64,000 nt of DNA. It comes from an uncultured bacterium. GTDB lineage: Bacteria; Armatimonadota; Abditibacteriia; Abditibacteriales; Abditibacteriaceae. Numbering within the stretch: the first letter of the stretch is position 1; each line of letters begins with the position of its first letter. Below, piece by piece: positions 22,396-32,462 of this stretch. Made by a program: the position numbers and the translations under genes. The stretch spans positions 62,001 to 126,000 of the forward strand of contig CAWJLW010000006.1 of NCBI GenBank assembly GCA_963843795.1. The letters run 5' to 3'. The notes beneath the pieces are model-generated. The model made no database searches, was not told the origin of the DNA, and was given only the letters and a program-made list of their open reading frames with translations.

Positions 22396-23738
22396 ACTCC
22401 GCCATTAATGTCCGACATCGCTTGTTCGTAGGCCGCTGCCGCTTGGTCGCGCGCCTCCTGCAAACGACTAATGTCGGCGTGAGACTGCGAAACGGTGGCA
22501 TTGGTCCTGGCAATGGCCGCATCCAAATCGAGAACCTGCTGACCAAGTTGCGTCAAATAATCGGCTACATCGGCTTCGCTTTGGGCATCACCGCTCGTCA
22601 TCGCGGCCGCGATGTCGCCCGATGATACCAACGAAGCGTGATGCGGAGTGGCCAGACTGAACGGTCGCAGCGTGCCGGGATTGATGCCGGGATTTATCAC
22701 TGGCCCCGGCCCCGGAATGTTAATCGGATCGCCCACGGGCTTGGTGTGAATGTCATCGACAATTTTTTTGAAGCGATTGTCGTCGCGGAATTTCTTGAAC
22801 GGTCTGCGGTCGTCGATAATTTTCTTAAAGCCACCATCAGCCCAAGGTTGCTTGGCATAACAGCCCGGATACATGGCGCGCACCGCCGCAATATCGCCCG
22901 CTGAAAGCGCCGTCCGCTGGCCGATAGTCGCACTGGCATTGGTTGGCACGATGGTGTCATTGCCATTTTTGGAAAAGGCAGTGCGCGGGTAGTGCATAAT
23001 CGAGCCATAATCGTAAGCTCCCAAATCGTCCCCATCAGTGATATGCTGATTGAACTGCGCTGCCATGCCGCTTTGGATATTTTCCCAGTGGATGGTAACA
23101 AATAAGTCACGATCTTCGCGGCTTTGTTCGTGCCACAAGCCAACCGTGTGACCGATTTCGTGTATCGCGTTGCCCGTTGAGCAGCCGGTGCCCAGACTAA
23201 TCAATTGTTGGCCGCCCTGCATCCCCACCAGTGACCAGCAGCCACCGGAATCGGTGAAGCGCACATAATTGGGATACTGAGCAGCGTTGGCCGATGTGCG
23301 CAGCGGAAAGCGGAACGCGGTATGCGATTCCCAGTGCGCAATCGCATCCGTGACGCGCCCTTTGTTGGGCAGCGCCGGGTCAATTTCGTAGGGAATCTGG
23401 CAGTTGGGCCAACGAAATTGGCTGCCCGTAATACCGACACCCATCGCTCGATCTGGTTCTACAGCAACCGCATCGCGCGCGGCATCCATAGTCTGTTGCA
23501 CATCTTCTACGCGCCCCAAGCAAATATCGCCCTCGACAATTGCCAGACCGTCTACCTCGTAATACACCACGGATTTGCTATCGAAGTTCGTTCCAGAAAT
23601 GACCGCCGTGCCCATTTTTGGGCCACCACGCATCTCCGGTGAGTCCATCGCTGCCTGGCCTTCCGCATTGCGACCGGAAGCGCCTGTCTCTGAAGCATTC
23701 TCGGCTTCGTCCTCTCTACTTTCCGAATTATCTAACAT
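22392..23738 (-). CDS. Astacin (M12A) zinc metallopeptidase with C-terminal KxxxDD repeats, PFSLATPHH motif and coiled coil
   Basis: EGDI prodomain, HEIGHTVGLWHEQSREDRD, YDYGSIMHY Met-turn, GQR..LS.GD; RBS GGAGGA before 23738. Confidence 0.9.
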   Translation of the reverse strand: MLDNSESREDEAENASETGASGRNAEGQAAMDSPEMRGGPKMGTAVISGTNFDSKSVVYYEVDGLAIVEGDICLGRVEDVQQTMDAARDAVAVEPDRAMGVGITGSQFRWPNCQIPYEIDPALPNKGRVTDAIAHWESHTAFRFPLRTSANAAQYPNYVRFTDSGGCWSLVGMQGGQQLISLGTGCSTGNAIHEIGHTVGLWHEQSREDRDLFVTIHWENIQSGMAAQFNQHITDGDDLGAYDYGSIMHYPRTAFSKNGNDTIVPTNASATIGQRTALSAGDIAAVRAMYPGCYAKQPWADGGFKKIIDDRRPFKKFRDDNRFKKIVDDIHTKPVGDPINIPGPGPVINPGINPGTLRPFSLATPHHASLVSSGDIAAAMTSGDAQSEADVADYLTQLGQQVLDLDAAIARTNATVSQSHADISRLQEARDQAAAAYEQAMSDINGGV

Positions 23739-23890
23739 TGTCAATTCCTCCCCAGCTAGCTTAATCGTTGGGCTGAGCTTGGCATCATCTTAATGTTGAT
23801 AATAGCACAGATTAGAAAGTTTTTGGAAGAAATTTTGAAATACTTTGCAGCCTTAATTAGGGCATGTCATTTTCTTCGGGAATCAGCGTT

Positions 23891-24613
23891 TTACGATTTG
23901 GCGGCTTCTGCCAGCACCACCCGAAAATTCTGTCCAACGCGGCCTAGAGCGAACGCATCGTATTTGGTGGCAGAACGCGGCGAAACGCCGGTCACGGTTT
24001 TATAAACGCTGCGGCCCACCATGAAGCGAATCGTCATTGGTACGGGCGGCAGATAAACGGCGCGAATCTGACCATATTTCAGGCGTGTGGCCAGACGATA
24101 AGTGCGACCGGTTTGCGTGAGGCCAAAAACATCAAACGGTGGTGCGCCCGGTGAAAGATGAAACAAGGTCAGGCGCGCGCTATCGCTTTGAATGCCGCCG
24201 CTCGAATCACTGAAAGCCAAGAGTTTGGGTTCGCCTTTTACGCCATATGGCCCGACTGTGTAATAGCTGCCGCCGCGCAGCGTGCGTGCGCGCGACAATA
24301 GGGTGCGTTCGGGCTGGTTGGGCTCTGCATTCGTCACGATGCTGAAGCTGTGATAACCGGCGGGCAGCGCGATGTATTTGGACAGCGAACCGAAATCGGC
24401 GTCGTTGAATTTTTTCTGTCCATCGACATAAACATCGACTTTAGGGCCGCGCGGCATTGCATGCAACAAGCGCACGTACGATTGAGTTTCGGTCGCCATG
24501 CGTTGCGCTTGTGCGGGTGCATTAAACGAGCGCGCGACAGTGAAGGTTAGCGCGCCCAGCCCACAAAATAAGCCCTGCAAGTACTTGCGGCGCATTTGAA
24601 ACGTTGAATTCAT
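23891..24613 (-). CDS. DUF4397 domain secreted protein
   Basis: Signal peptide; duplicated VRLLHA.P.GP.VDVY / LFHLSPGAP.FDV modules. Confidence 0.8.
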   Translation of the reverse strand: MNSTFQMRRKYLQGLFCGLGALTFTVARSFNAPAQAQRMATETQSYVRLLHAMPRGPKVDVYVDGQKKFNDADFGSLSKYIALPAGYHSFSIVTNAEPNQPERTLLSRARTLRGGSYYTVGPYGVKGEPKLLAFSDSSGGIQSDSARLTLFHLSPGAPPFDVFGLTQTGRTYRLATRLKYGQIRAVYLPPVPMTIRFMVGRSVYKTVTGVSPRSATKYDAFALGRVGQNFRVVLAEAAKS

Positions 24614-24760
24614 GGATTCTCCTTGAAATTTTGTGTCGAAAATGAATTTCGACGTTGAACAGGGCGCGCAAATCGCGCACCTTTGCGCGTTTGGAGTTTT
24701 CAATAGAAGAGCTTTTGGTTTGGCAGAAAGCAAATATCCATGACATAGAGGGAGATCAGG

Positions 24761-25840
24761 ATGAGCGAATGGAACGGTTTGGGCGGTAATTTGGGCAATT
24801 TGTCGCGTCTGTCGAATGCGCAGTCGCGTTCGATTACGGCAGAAAATTTCGATGGCAAAAAAGGACAGGGCGCGCGTGCCACAGAAGGCACCGGTCTAGG
24901 GCCATCGGGCGATTTAGGCGTAGGCTGGAAAATTTCGCCTTCGATCATCATTGAAGCTGGCGAAACGCGCGAAATCGCGCTCATCGAAGGTCCGGGCGTT
25001 TTACAGCACTGGTGGCTGACAGCGTCGCAACCGTGGCGCAATTGCATTCTGCGCGTGTTTTGGGACGACGAAGAAATGCCGAGCGTGGAATGCCCGTTAG
25101 GCGATTTTTTTGCCTGTGGTTGGGGCGAATACGCGCCTTTGAAGAGCGCGCCGGTGTGCGTTAATCCGGGCAGCGCGTTCAACTGTTATTGGCCGATGCC
25201 ATTTCGCAAAAAATGTCGCGTCACGATTGAAAATCGCGGCCTAGACAAAATGGTTTTGTATTACCAAATCGACTACGCGCTCACGCAGGTGCCCGATGAT
25301 GAAGCTTATTTTCACGCGCAGTTTCGCCGCGTGAATCCGCTGCCGTATAAAGATGTAGTGACGATTGTTGATAATGTGCGCGGGCGCGGCCATTACGTTG
25401 GGACTTATCTGGCGTGGGGCGTCAACAATAGCGGCTGGTGGGGCGAGGGCGAAATCAAGTTTTATCTTGACGGCGACGAGTTTCCAACGATTTGCGGCAC
25501 TGGAACTGAAGATTATTTCGGCGGTTCGTATAACTTCGAGAACCAGAAAACTCATCAATACGAAGAATACACCACACCGTATTGTGGCCTCTCGCAAGTT
25601 TTGCGGCCCGATGGTTTGTATCGCTCGCAGACGCGATTTGGTATGTATCGTTGGCACATTCTCGACCCCGTGCGCTTTGAAAATGATTTGCGCGTCACAA
25701 TTCAAGCGTTGGGCTGGCGCAGTGGCGGCAAGTACTTGCCACTGCAAGACGACATCAGTAGCGTGGCATTTTGGTATCAAACTGCGCCGCACGCACCGTT
25801 TCCCGCTTTACCAGACAGAGAATTTCTGGAAATCATTTAA
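24761..25840 (+). CDS. DUF2961 / GH172-like glycoside hydrolase
   Basis: SITAEN..G.KG.G, PSVECPLGDFF, WWGEGE.KFY.DG, GTGTEDYF, YRWH..DP. Confidence 0.88.
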   Translation: MSEWNGLGGNLGNLSRLSNAQSRSITAENFDGKKGQGARATEGTGLGPSGDLGVGWKISPSIIIEAGETREIALIEGPGVLQHWWLTASQPWRNCILRVFWDDEEMPSVECPLGDFFACGWGEYAPLKSAPVCVNPGSAFNCYWPMPFRKKCRVTIENRGLDKMVLYYQIDYALTQVPDDEAYFHAQFRRVNPLPYKDVVTIVDNVRGRGHYVGTYLAWGVNNSGWWGEGEIKFYLDGDEFPTICGTGTEDYFGGSYNFENQKTHQYEEYTTPYCGLSQVLRPDGLYRSQTRFGMYRWHILDPVRFENDLRVTIQALGWRSGGKYLPLQDDISSVAFWYQTAPHAPFPALPDREFLEII

Positions 25841-25869
25841 AAACACGCCTTGGTAAACTGCGCTGCCTT

Positions 25870-26628
25870 ATGGCAAGACGTTTTTCTCATTCGCGTACGC
25901 AGCGCCCTCTATGGCTGGTCATCGTCATCGCGATTGGCGGTTGGGTATACAAAAATTATGTGCAGCCTCACTCGACCGCTAATCGCAGCGAACTTCCTTC
26001 CACGAAATCCGGCTCCAACTCGGGTTCAACTTCCAGTTCCAAGCCCGCGCGCACGCCCATTGGTGGCGGCACAGCGCAGGCGCAAGGTGGCGTACTTTTT
26101 CGGGATCATGTGATCAAGGTAACAGATGGCGATACGGTGAAGTTGGCCGCTCAAGGTTCGGTTCGATTGATCGGCGTCGATTGCCCGGAAAAAGCGCAAC
26201 CGGGCGGCCAACAAGCGACCGAGTTTGCGACCAAATATTTGCTCGATCAAGATGTCGAAGTCGAATTGTGTGCCAAGCAGCCGACCGACCGTTATGGGCG
26301 TGGGCTGGGCATGATTTACGTGCGTCGCAACGGACAGCGCATTTTGTTCAACGCCGAACTGGTGCGCCAGGGTTATGCGCGCGTTTATTCGCTGCGGCCC
26401 TGCACGGTCGATGAAGCGCAGTGGAACGGTTATTACGAAGAAGCGCGCAGCAACAATCGTGGCTTGTTTCGCACCTTAGGCAATGTGCCCGATGCCGCCG
26501 CTTATCGCAAAAAGAAACGCTCTTCGCTTTTACCTCATGAATGGCCGCTCGGATTTCGTGGTACAGAATTGACGTTCAATTTCGAGTGGGAAAAGCACGC
26601 TGCAAGTACTTGCGGGCTGGGCGCGTAA
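25870..26628 (+). CDS. Thermonuclease (SNase) family protein, membrane-anchored
   Basis: V.DGDT, VRLIGVDCPE, DRYGR.L, N.ELVRQGYA. Confidence 0.88.
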   Translation: MARRFSHSRTQRPLWLVIVIAIGGWVYKNYVQPHSTANRSELPSTKSGSNSGSTSSSKPARTPIGGGTAQAQGGVLFRDHVIKVTDGDTVKLAAQGSVRLIGVDCPEKAQPGGQQATEFATKYLLDQDVEVELCAKQPTDRYGRGLGMIYVRRNGQRILFNAELVRQGYARVYSLRPCTVDEAQWNGYYEEARSNNRGLFRTLGNVPDAAAYRKKKRSSLLPHEWPLGFRGTELTFNFEWEKHAASTCGLGA

Positions 26629-26726
26629 TAAAATTGCCGAATTTTGCCACATCGTGAAAAGGCGAACCTCAAACGATTCCGCGTCGTCACTTGCGCGTTT
26701 ATCAAAATCCACATTTCAATCAATAG

Positions 26727-27776
26727 GTGAAACTGAATATGAAGCACAAAATTGTGGCATACAGCGCTCTTTCGCTGGCCCTCCTGTCTCCGCTGAGCCA
26801 TGCTCAAAACCAAACTAAAACCGCAGCTAAACCTGCCGCCAAGCCCGCTGACAAGCCGCTGGCCGTCTTGCCCAAAGGCCCGGCGGGCGTGGCGGCGATG
26901 GTGAATGGCGAGCGCATTCCTGCTGCTGATGTTGAGCGTCGTGTGGCGCGCTATCGCACTGCAGATAAAGCTCTCCAATCCGATTCGCCCGAAGCTAAAC
27001 AAGCCCTTCAAAACATTCGCGACACGGTTATCGACGAAATGATCAAGTGGAGTTTGCTGGTGCAGGAAGCCAAAAAACAAAAAATTGTGCCAACTCCGGC
27101 CAAAGTTGATGAAGCCATTGCACAGTTCAAAAAGAACTTTAAAGATGATGGCGATATGAAAGCGCAACTGGCCAAAGAAGGCAAGAAGCCCGACGATATT
27201 CGCCAGTTGCTGGTGGAAGGTATGCAAGTCGACGAACTTCAAAACCGCTGGATGGCCGATGCCAGCGTGACTGAAGCCGAAATTGCCAAATTTTATCGCG
27301 ATAACATCAACCAATTTGCGGTGCCCGAAGGCGTGAGTGCGCGCCACATTTTGTTGGCTTTTGGCCCCAATCCGACCGCGGCCGATAAAGAAGCGTTGAA
27401 AAAACGTGCCGATGAACTGCTCAAGCAAGCGAAAGCCAAAGGCGCCGATTTCGCCGAATTGGCGCAGAAAAATTCCGACGACAAAGGCAGCGCAACACGC
27501 GGCGGCGATTTAGGACCATTTCCGCGCGGAGTCATGGACAAATCGTTCGAAGATGCCGCGTTTGGTGCCAAAGAAGGCGAAATTGTCGGGCCAATCGAAA
27601 CCGTTTACGGTTATCACATCATCAAAGTCGAAAACAAAATTCCTCCGCGCACTTTGCCACTGGCCGATTCGCGCGAAGAAATTCGTCCCTTTTTGCTGGA
27701 ACAGAAGCGTCAACAACTGCTCGAAGCCAAAATGAAAGCCGTTATTGCCGCTGCAAAAATCCAAAAATACGCCTAA
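26727..27776 (+). CDS. PpiC-type peptidyl-prolyl isomerase (PrsA/SurA-like)
   Basis: Signal peptide, A.VNGE.I, ARHIL, FAELA...SDD..S...GGDLG, YGYHIIK. Confidence 0.9.
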   Translation: MKLNMKHKIVAYSALSLALLSPLSHAQNQTKTAAKPAAKPADKPLAVLPKGPAGVAAMVNGERIPAADVERRVARYRTADKALQSDSPEAKQALQNIRDTVIDEMIKWSLLVQEAKKQKIVPTPAKVDEAIAQFKKNFKDDGDMKAQLAKEGKKPDDIRQLLVEGMQVDELQNRWMADASVTEAEIAKFYRDNINQFAVPEGVSARHILLAFGPNPTAADKEALKKRADELLKQAKAKGADFAELAQKNSDDKGSATRGGDLGPFPRGVMDKSFEDAAFGAKEGEIVGPIETVYGYHIIKVENKIPPRTLPLADSREEIRPFLLEQKRQQLLEAKMKAVIAAAKIQKYA

Positions 27777-27785
27777 AAATTCCGA

Positions 27786-27821
27786 AAAAAGCGCTCTGCA
27801 AGTACTTGCAGAGCGCTTTTT
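27786..27821. terminator. Bidirectional terminator built on the host palindrome
   Basis: Perfect 36-bp palindrome AAAAAGCGCTC-TGCAAGTACTTGCA-GAGCGCTTTTT between convergent genes. Confidence 0.8.
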
Positions 27822-27900
27822 GAATTTAAATTCGACCTGTGAAACGCAGAAGCCCCGCTGCAAGTACTTGCAGCGGGACTTTTTGGTTTGAAATTGGAAA

Positions 27901-29088
27901 TTAATCCGCAGGTTTGGTCAGTGCTGCGAGTTGTGCTTTGAGTTCTTCAATGTCGCGCTCCATTTTACGCAACGTGCGCACGTTGTCGGGTAGCTTGCGC
28001 GCGGAGGCTTCACGTTTCATGAATTCGCGCTGAGGAATGGCGGGCGTTCCCATCACGAAGCTCGCTGGTTCGACATCGGACATAATGCCTGCTTTGGCGC
28101 CCAGAACCGCACCTTTGCCAATCGTTACATGATCGGCCAAACCGGCCTGACCGGCCATCACCACGTTATCTTCTACAATCACGCTGCCGCTGAGGCCGAC
28201 CTGGCCGCACAAAATGCAGTTGCGCCCGATTTGAACGTTGTGAGCAATCTGCACCAAGTTGTCGATTTTGGTGCCTGCGCCAATACGCGTGGCGCCCATT
28301 GTTGCGCGGTCGATGCAAACATTGGCACCAATTTCCACGTCGTCTTCAATGAGCACAGTTCCGACTTGCGGCATTTTGTAATGTTGGTCGCCGTCCATCA
28401 CATAACCGAAGCCATCGCCGCCGATAACCGTGCCGGAATGAATGCGCACGCGACGACCGATGTGAACGTGGTGATTAATAACGACTGTCGGGTATAAAAT
28501 CGACGCATCGCCGATCTGCGCGCCATCACCAATAACGACGTGCGGATACAAGACTGCACCGTCGCCGATATGCGCGAAATGGCCGACATAGCAGAACTCG
28601 CGAATTGTCACGCCTTCGCCAATATGCGCGCCGGGTTCGATAATCGCCGAAGGATGAATGCCAGCTTCGGGCATTGTCAGCGGCGACAAGCGTTCCATCA
28701 CTTTGGCAAAAGCCAAACGTGGATTGCCAGTGAGTACGACCGGTTTGCCGCGCCGTGCCTGACGACGCACAGCAGGCGCGAGAGCGACTGGTGCGATCAG
28801 AGCAGCCGCATTCGATTCCAGCGCGGCAGGCAGCAAGCGTTCCTGATCGACGAAGGAAATCATGCCAGGGCCGGTCGAATCAAGACCGGCGACACCGGTG
28901 ATAAGCGTCTTGGCGTCGCCGACGAATTCGGCGTCGAGAAGACGAGCGATTTCAGCGAGCGTCAGGGCACGCATCGGAGGCGCGTTAGCGGTGAGTTCGT
29001 CGCGCACCGATTGAACGTCGTGCGCCGAAATTTTGGGTGAAGCGGCTTTGTTGTGGCCGTTGGTAGATGAAGGGGATGAAAGAGCCAT
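27901..29088 (-). CDS. lpxD: UDP-3-O-(3-hydroxyacyl)glucosamine N-acyltransferase
   Basis: NPRLAFA, hexapeptide repeats, IGGDGFGY, IDRA, KIDNLVQIAHN. Confidence 0.95.
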   Translation of the reverse strand: MALSSPSSTNGHNKAASPKISAHDVQSVRDELTANAPPMRALTLAEIARLLDAEFVGDAKTLITGVAGLDSTGPGMISFVDQERLLPAALESNAAALIAPVALAPAVRRQARRGKPVVLTGNPRLAFAKVMERLSPLTMPEAGIHPSAIIEPGAHIGEGVTIREFCYVGHFAHIGDGAVLYPHVVIGDGAQIGDASILYPTVVINHHVHIGRRVRIHSGTVIGGDGFGYVMDGDQHYKMPQVGTVLIEDDVEIGANVCIDRATMGATRIGAGTKIDNLVQIAHNVQIGRNCILCGQVGLSGSVIVEDNVVMAGQAGLADHVTIGKGAVLGAKAGIMSDVEPASFVMGTPAIPQREFMKREASARKLPDNVRTLRKMERDIEELKAQLAALTKPAD

Positions 29089-29361
29089 GAACGCGAACTC
29101 CTCGACGAGAAATAACTGGTGCGGCGACTAAAAATGCGATGAAAGTGTGATGACTGTCAATGCGGTAAACAAAAGTCGAGGCAATGAAATGCGTATAAAC
29201 GGCACTAATATATCAAACGCACCCGAATGATGAAAGCGCATTATTTATATCAGTCTTGATTATATGCGCCTTCTGTTTGCCATAGCTACAACAAATAGGG
29301 GTGCAAAATGAATCACGGTGCCGCCGATTGAGATTTTTTCGGCGGCCCAGCCTGCGTTTTG

Positions 29362-30798
29362 TCAATGATTTTTGGGTTTGTTCCCGACGGAATTCACCGT
29401 CTGGCTTCGCTGCCAGGCCCCATCGCGTCGTGCCGAAATTCGTGACCATTGGCGAGCGTCATTGCGCGCCAGAGTTTTTAAGACTTCGTTTTGCTGCGTA
29501 AGCTTTTCCGCTCTCTCGTTCGTTTTAGTAGCGCGGTCAAGATTGGTTTTCAGAACAGCGCGCGGCCCGTTTACGGCGACCGATGTTGCGCTGTTGCTGA
29601 TCTTGACTTCACCGACCCCGAACGACGCACTTAAATTGTTTTGAGTTCGTTTTAAATTATTTATTGGTCCATTCAACCCCGCGAGTGTGGCGTTCCCATT
29701 GTCCGCAGGACGTGCTGGTAGAACAATGCCAAGGCGCGCATCGGCAGCGGTGAAATCTTGTGTAATTAAAGCGAGCGCATCCTTTTGTGCTTGGTCGCGC
29801 AATTCCTGATCGCGCTGGCTTTGTACACCCAAAGTTTTTTGCAGTTCCTCGCGCTTGGTGGCTTCGAGTTGAATGGGCAAATCTTCGCGCAAACGTTTCA
29901 AGGCGCTGCGCCGCGTCAACTCTTGTTCGCGCAGGGCAGCCCGAATCGCGATGTCGCGCCGCACGCGTTCTTGGTTGGAACTGTTTTCTTGAGCGGCAGT
30001 TTTATCCAGTGCGGGTAATAAATCCAAACGCAAATTGCTCAGGGCCAACGCTTGCAGCTCCGAAGGCAGATATGGTTCCAATGCTTCGGGATTGAGACGG
30101 CGCGCCAGCGCGATGTCATCTTGCAGCGCCGCTTCCAGCGACCGCGCGATATTAGTGCGCGCCTTGTCCTGCGCGTTCAACGATTGTAAAAGCACATTTT
30201 CGACAGCGTTGCGTTCGCGCCTTGCGATCTGATTTTGCAACGCGGGCAAACTTTGCGCAAACGCCGTGCGCGAATCCAATGCGCCCAAGCGCCAACGCAA
30301 CAATGCATCGCCACTTCTACTACTGTCCGACACATTTATGACGTTGCGATTGGTGGCGCGCGCGCCAGTATTGAAAGCGCTCAAACGTAGCGCACTGACA
30401 TCGCCTATGCGAACTGAGCTGCTTTGGTTGGCAGCAATTTGGAAAATGTTGGTGGCGGGAACGCGGAATCGCTGCGGGGCATCGCCGCTGAGCTCGTTGG
30501 CCAGTTGCCAAGCCGGATGCGAAGCCGGGCGCGTGGCGTTGCGATTATCGAAAACGCGTGGCGAGGGCACAATCGGCAACTTTGCACGGGGCTTGGTATT
30601 GTAGCGACTCCACGCTTCGGAAATCCACTCGCCAAATGAAGGAACGCTCAATTCGCCACCGGCTTTTTTCGCTGAATTCCCTTTTTCGCCCGACACCGCA
30701 CAACCCGCCGAGAGCAGCGCAGAGAGGGCAACGCCGCTCATCGCCAACTGATGCCGAGCGATTGGACGCTGAAAACGAAAATGGGGGGAAAAGCGCAT
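29362..30798 (-). CDS. Hypothetical coiled-coil lipoprotein
   Basis: Lipobox-like LSAGC; long helical ORF co-oriented with skp and lpxD. Confidence 0.6.
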   Translation of the reverse strand: MRFSPHFRFQRPIARHQLAMSGVALSALLSAGCAVSGEKGNSAKKAGGELSVPSFGEWISEAWSRYNTKPRAKLPIVPSPRVFDNRNATRPASHPAWQLANELSGDAPQRFRVPATNIFQIAANQSSSVRIGDVSALRLSAFNTGARATNRNVINVSDSSRSGDALLRWRLGALDSRTAFAQSLPALQNQIARRERNAVENVLLQSLNAQDKARTNIARSLEAALQDDIALARRLNPEALEPYLPSELQALALSNLRLDLLPALDKTAAQENSSNQERVRRDIAIRAALREQELTRRSALKRLREDLPIQLEATKREELQKTLGVQSQRDQELRDQAQKDALALITQDFTAADARLGIVLPARPADNGNATLAGLNGPINNLKRTQNNLSASFGVGEVKISNSATSVAVNGPRAVLKTNLDRATKTNERAEKLTQQNEVLKTLARNDARQWSRISARRDGAWQRSQTVNSVGNKPKNH

Positions 30799-30904
30799 GA
30801 TTTAGGCGAAATCAATACAAAAATACCTGCAAGTACTTGCGGGTCATTGGGACAGTGCAAGTACTTGCAGGTGGCAAAAGGTCGTTCAAAATTCGCTTCT
30901 GATT

Positions 30905-31522
30905 TCAGCCTTTGTTCAATGCGGCAAGAACATCAGCGGTAATATCAACAGTTGGCGCGCTCCAGATCACGGCGCGTTTGCGCCACACCAGAGTCAGTTT
31001 TTTGTCGCTCGCCACGCGCTCTATGACGCTGTTGGCGTGGTCGGTATTTTCCGTATCGATGCGTTCTTGCTTTTGTTTGATCTGATTATAAAGCGTGTCT
31101 TGCAGCGCTGAAAGCGAGAGCGCGTTGGAGCCGGTGATATTGTTCAATTCTTCCAAACGCTTGTTATCGGCTTCGCTACGATTATTTTTACCGATCAATC
31201 CGATCAGTTCAGCGCGCTTGGCAACGCCGCTTTTGACCAAATTGTCCAATTCGGTTTCTTCCGCCGCGTTGCGATTTTCTTTGGCGACCAGAACATCGAA
31301 ACGCTTCAATTCTTCATCGCGCAAAAGTTCGCGCGCTTCGAGCTGGCTATCCAGCTTTTGTGCTTGTGTATCCAAGGCGACAATCGCTTCGCGATATTTG
31401 GTGTAGCCCTGCGCCAACTTGTCTTCATCGACTACGCCAATACTAATTTTTTGCGCCTGCGCGCTCGACACAAAGCTGGTCGAAAGCAGAAGGCAAGCGC
31501 ACAAAAGAAAAAGTTTTTTCAT
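30905..31522 (-). CDS. OmpH/Skp-like periplasmic chaperone
   Basis: Signal peptide, IGVVD, coiled coil, VA..KKL.LV, DIT.DVL..LN. Confidence 0.8.
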   Translation of the reverse strand: MKKLFLLCACLLLSTSFVSSAQAQKISIGVVDEDKLAQGYTKYREAIVALDTQAQKLDSQLEARELLRDEELKRFDVLVAKENRNAAEETELDNLVKSGVAKRAELIGLIGKNNRSEADNKRLEELNNITGSNALSLSALQDTLYNQIKQKQERIDTENTDHANSVIERVASDKKLTLVWRKRAVIWSAPTVDITADVLAALNKG

Positions 31523-31567
31523 AAATTCTCCATTACAGAGTTCTCCGTTGCGATGCTCTGGTAGTGC

Positions 31568-32260
31568 TTAGGCTTTGTTCAAGCGGCTGATGACTTCGTC
31601 GGTAATTTCAACCGTTGAAGAATTCCACGCTACAGCCTGTTTACCGACAACAACAACCAGTTTCTTTTCTTTGGCTACATCTTCAACGACTTTGATAATT
31701 TGAGCGCGATACTGCTCTTCGGTATCCGTTTCCTGCTTGGTGACCGCCTGATCGACCTGATCTAAAACTTGCTGAAAAGTGGTCGCGGTGCGCTGGGTTT
31801 CATCCTGAATGTCTTTGATGGTTTTGTTTTCTTCATCGGTGCGCGTCACTTTGCCCAGCAGCGCGTTATAATCGGTGCGCCGCTTGGTGCCACTGGCGAC
31901 CAATTTTCCCAGTTCGGTGGTTTCGGCGGGCGTTAAAGTTGCTTTCACGATCAGCTCATCGAAGCGCTTGGTATCGGCTTCGTTCATGAACACGCGCGCG
32001 TCCAACTGAGTGCGCAAAACATCTTTGCGCTTGTCGATGGCTTCGAGCGCATCTTTCAATTTAGTGAAGCTGTCGTTAATTTTCACGCCATCAACAACGC
32101 CAATTGTCGGCGCGTCCTGCGCGTAAGCAACATTTAGCAGCGGTGCGGGTGCGAACGAAGGCACGGTCACGGGCGCTGCGCCCAAAAGCAGCAGGCCACC
32201 CAGAGTTTTCAATACAATCGAATTTTTCATCTTAAAATCACGCGCTCTTCTCGCGCGCAT
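31568..32260 (-). CDS. OmpH/Skp-like periplasmic chaperone (paralog)
   Basis: IGVVD...VAKEKKL.VV...EITDEVISRLN. Confidence 0.8.
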   Translation of the reverse strand: MRARRARDFKMKNSIVLKTLGGLLLLGAAPVTVPSFAPAPLLNVAYAQDAPTIGVVDGVKINDSFTKLKDALEAIDKRKDVLRTQLDARVFMNEADTKRFDELIVKATLTPAETTELGKLVASGTKRRTDYNALLGKVTRTDEENKTIKDIQDETQRTATTFQQVLDQVDQAVTKQETDTEEQYRAQIIKVVEDVAKEKKLVVVVGKQAVAWNSSTVEITDEVISRLNKA

Positions 32261-32462
32261 CTCTCCTTAAGGAATCTCTCAACATTTTAACAATCTATGC
32301 ACGCTGCAAGTACTTGCGCAGCTTCTTGAAGGCGCGTGGCCGAGCCTGATTGGACGATTCAAAGCCGCAAAGTTCACTGCAAATTCAAAAAAAGCAGGGC
32401 CGGAAAAGTTTCCGGCCCTGCAAGTACTTGCACCGCACATTTTTGACTGCGATCAATTGCAA

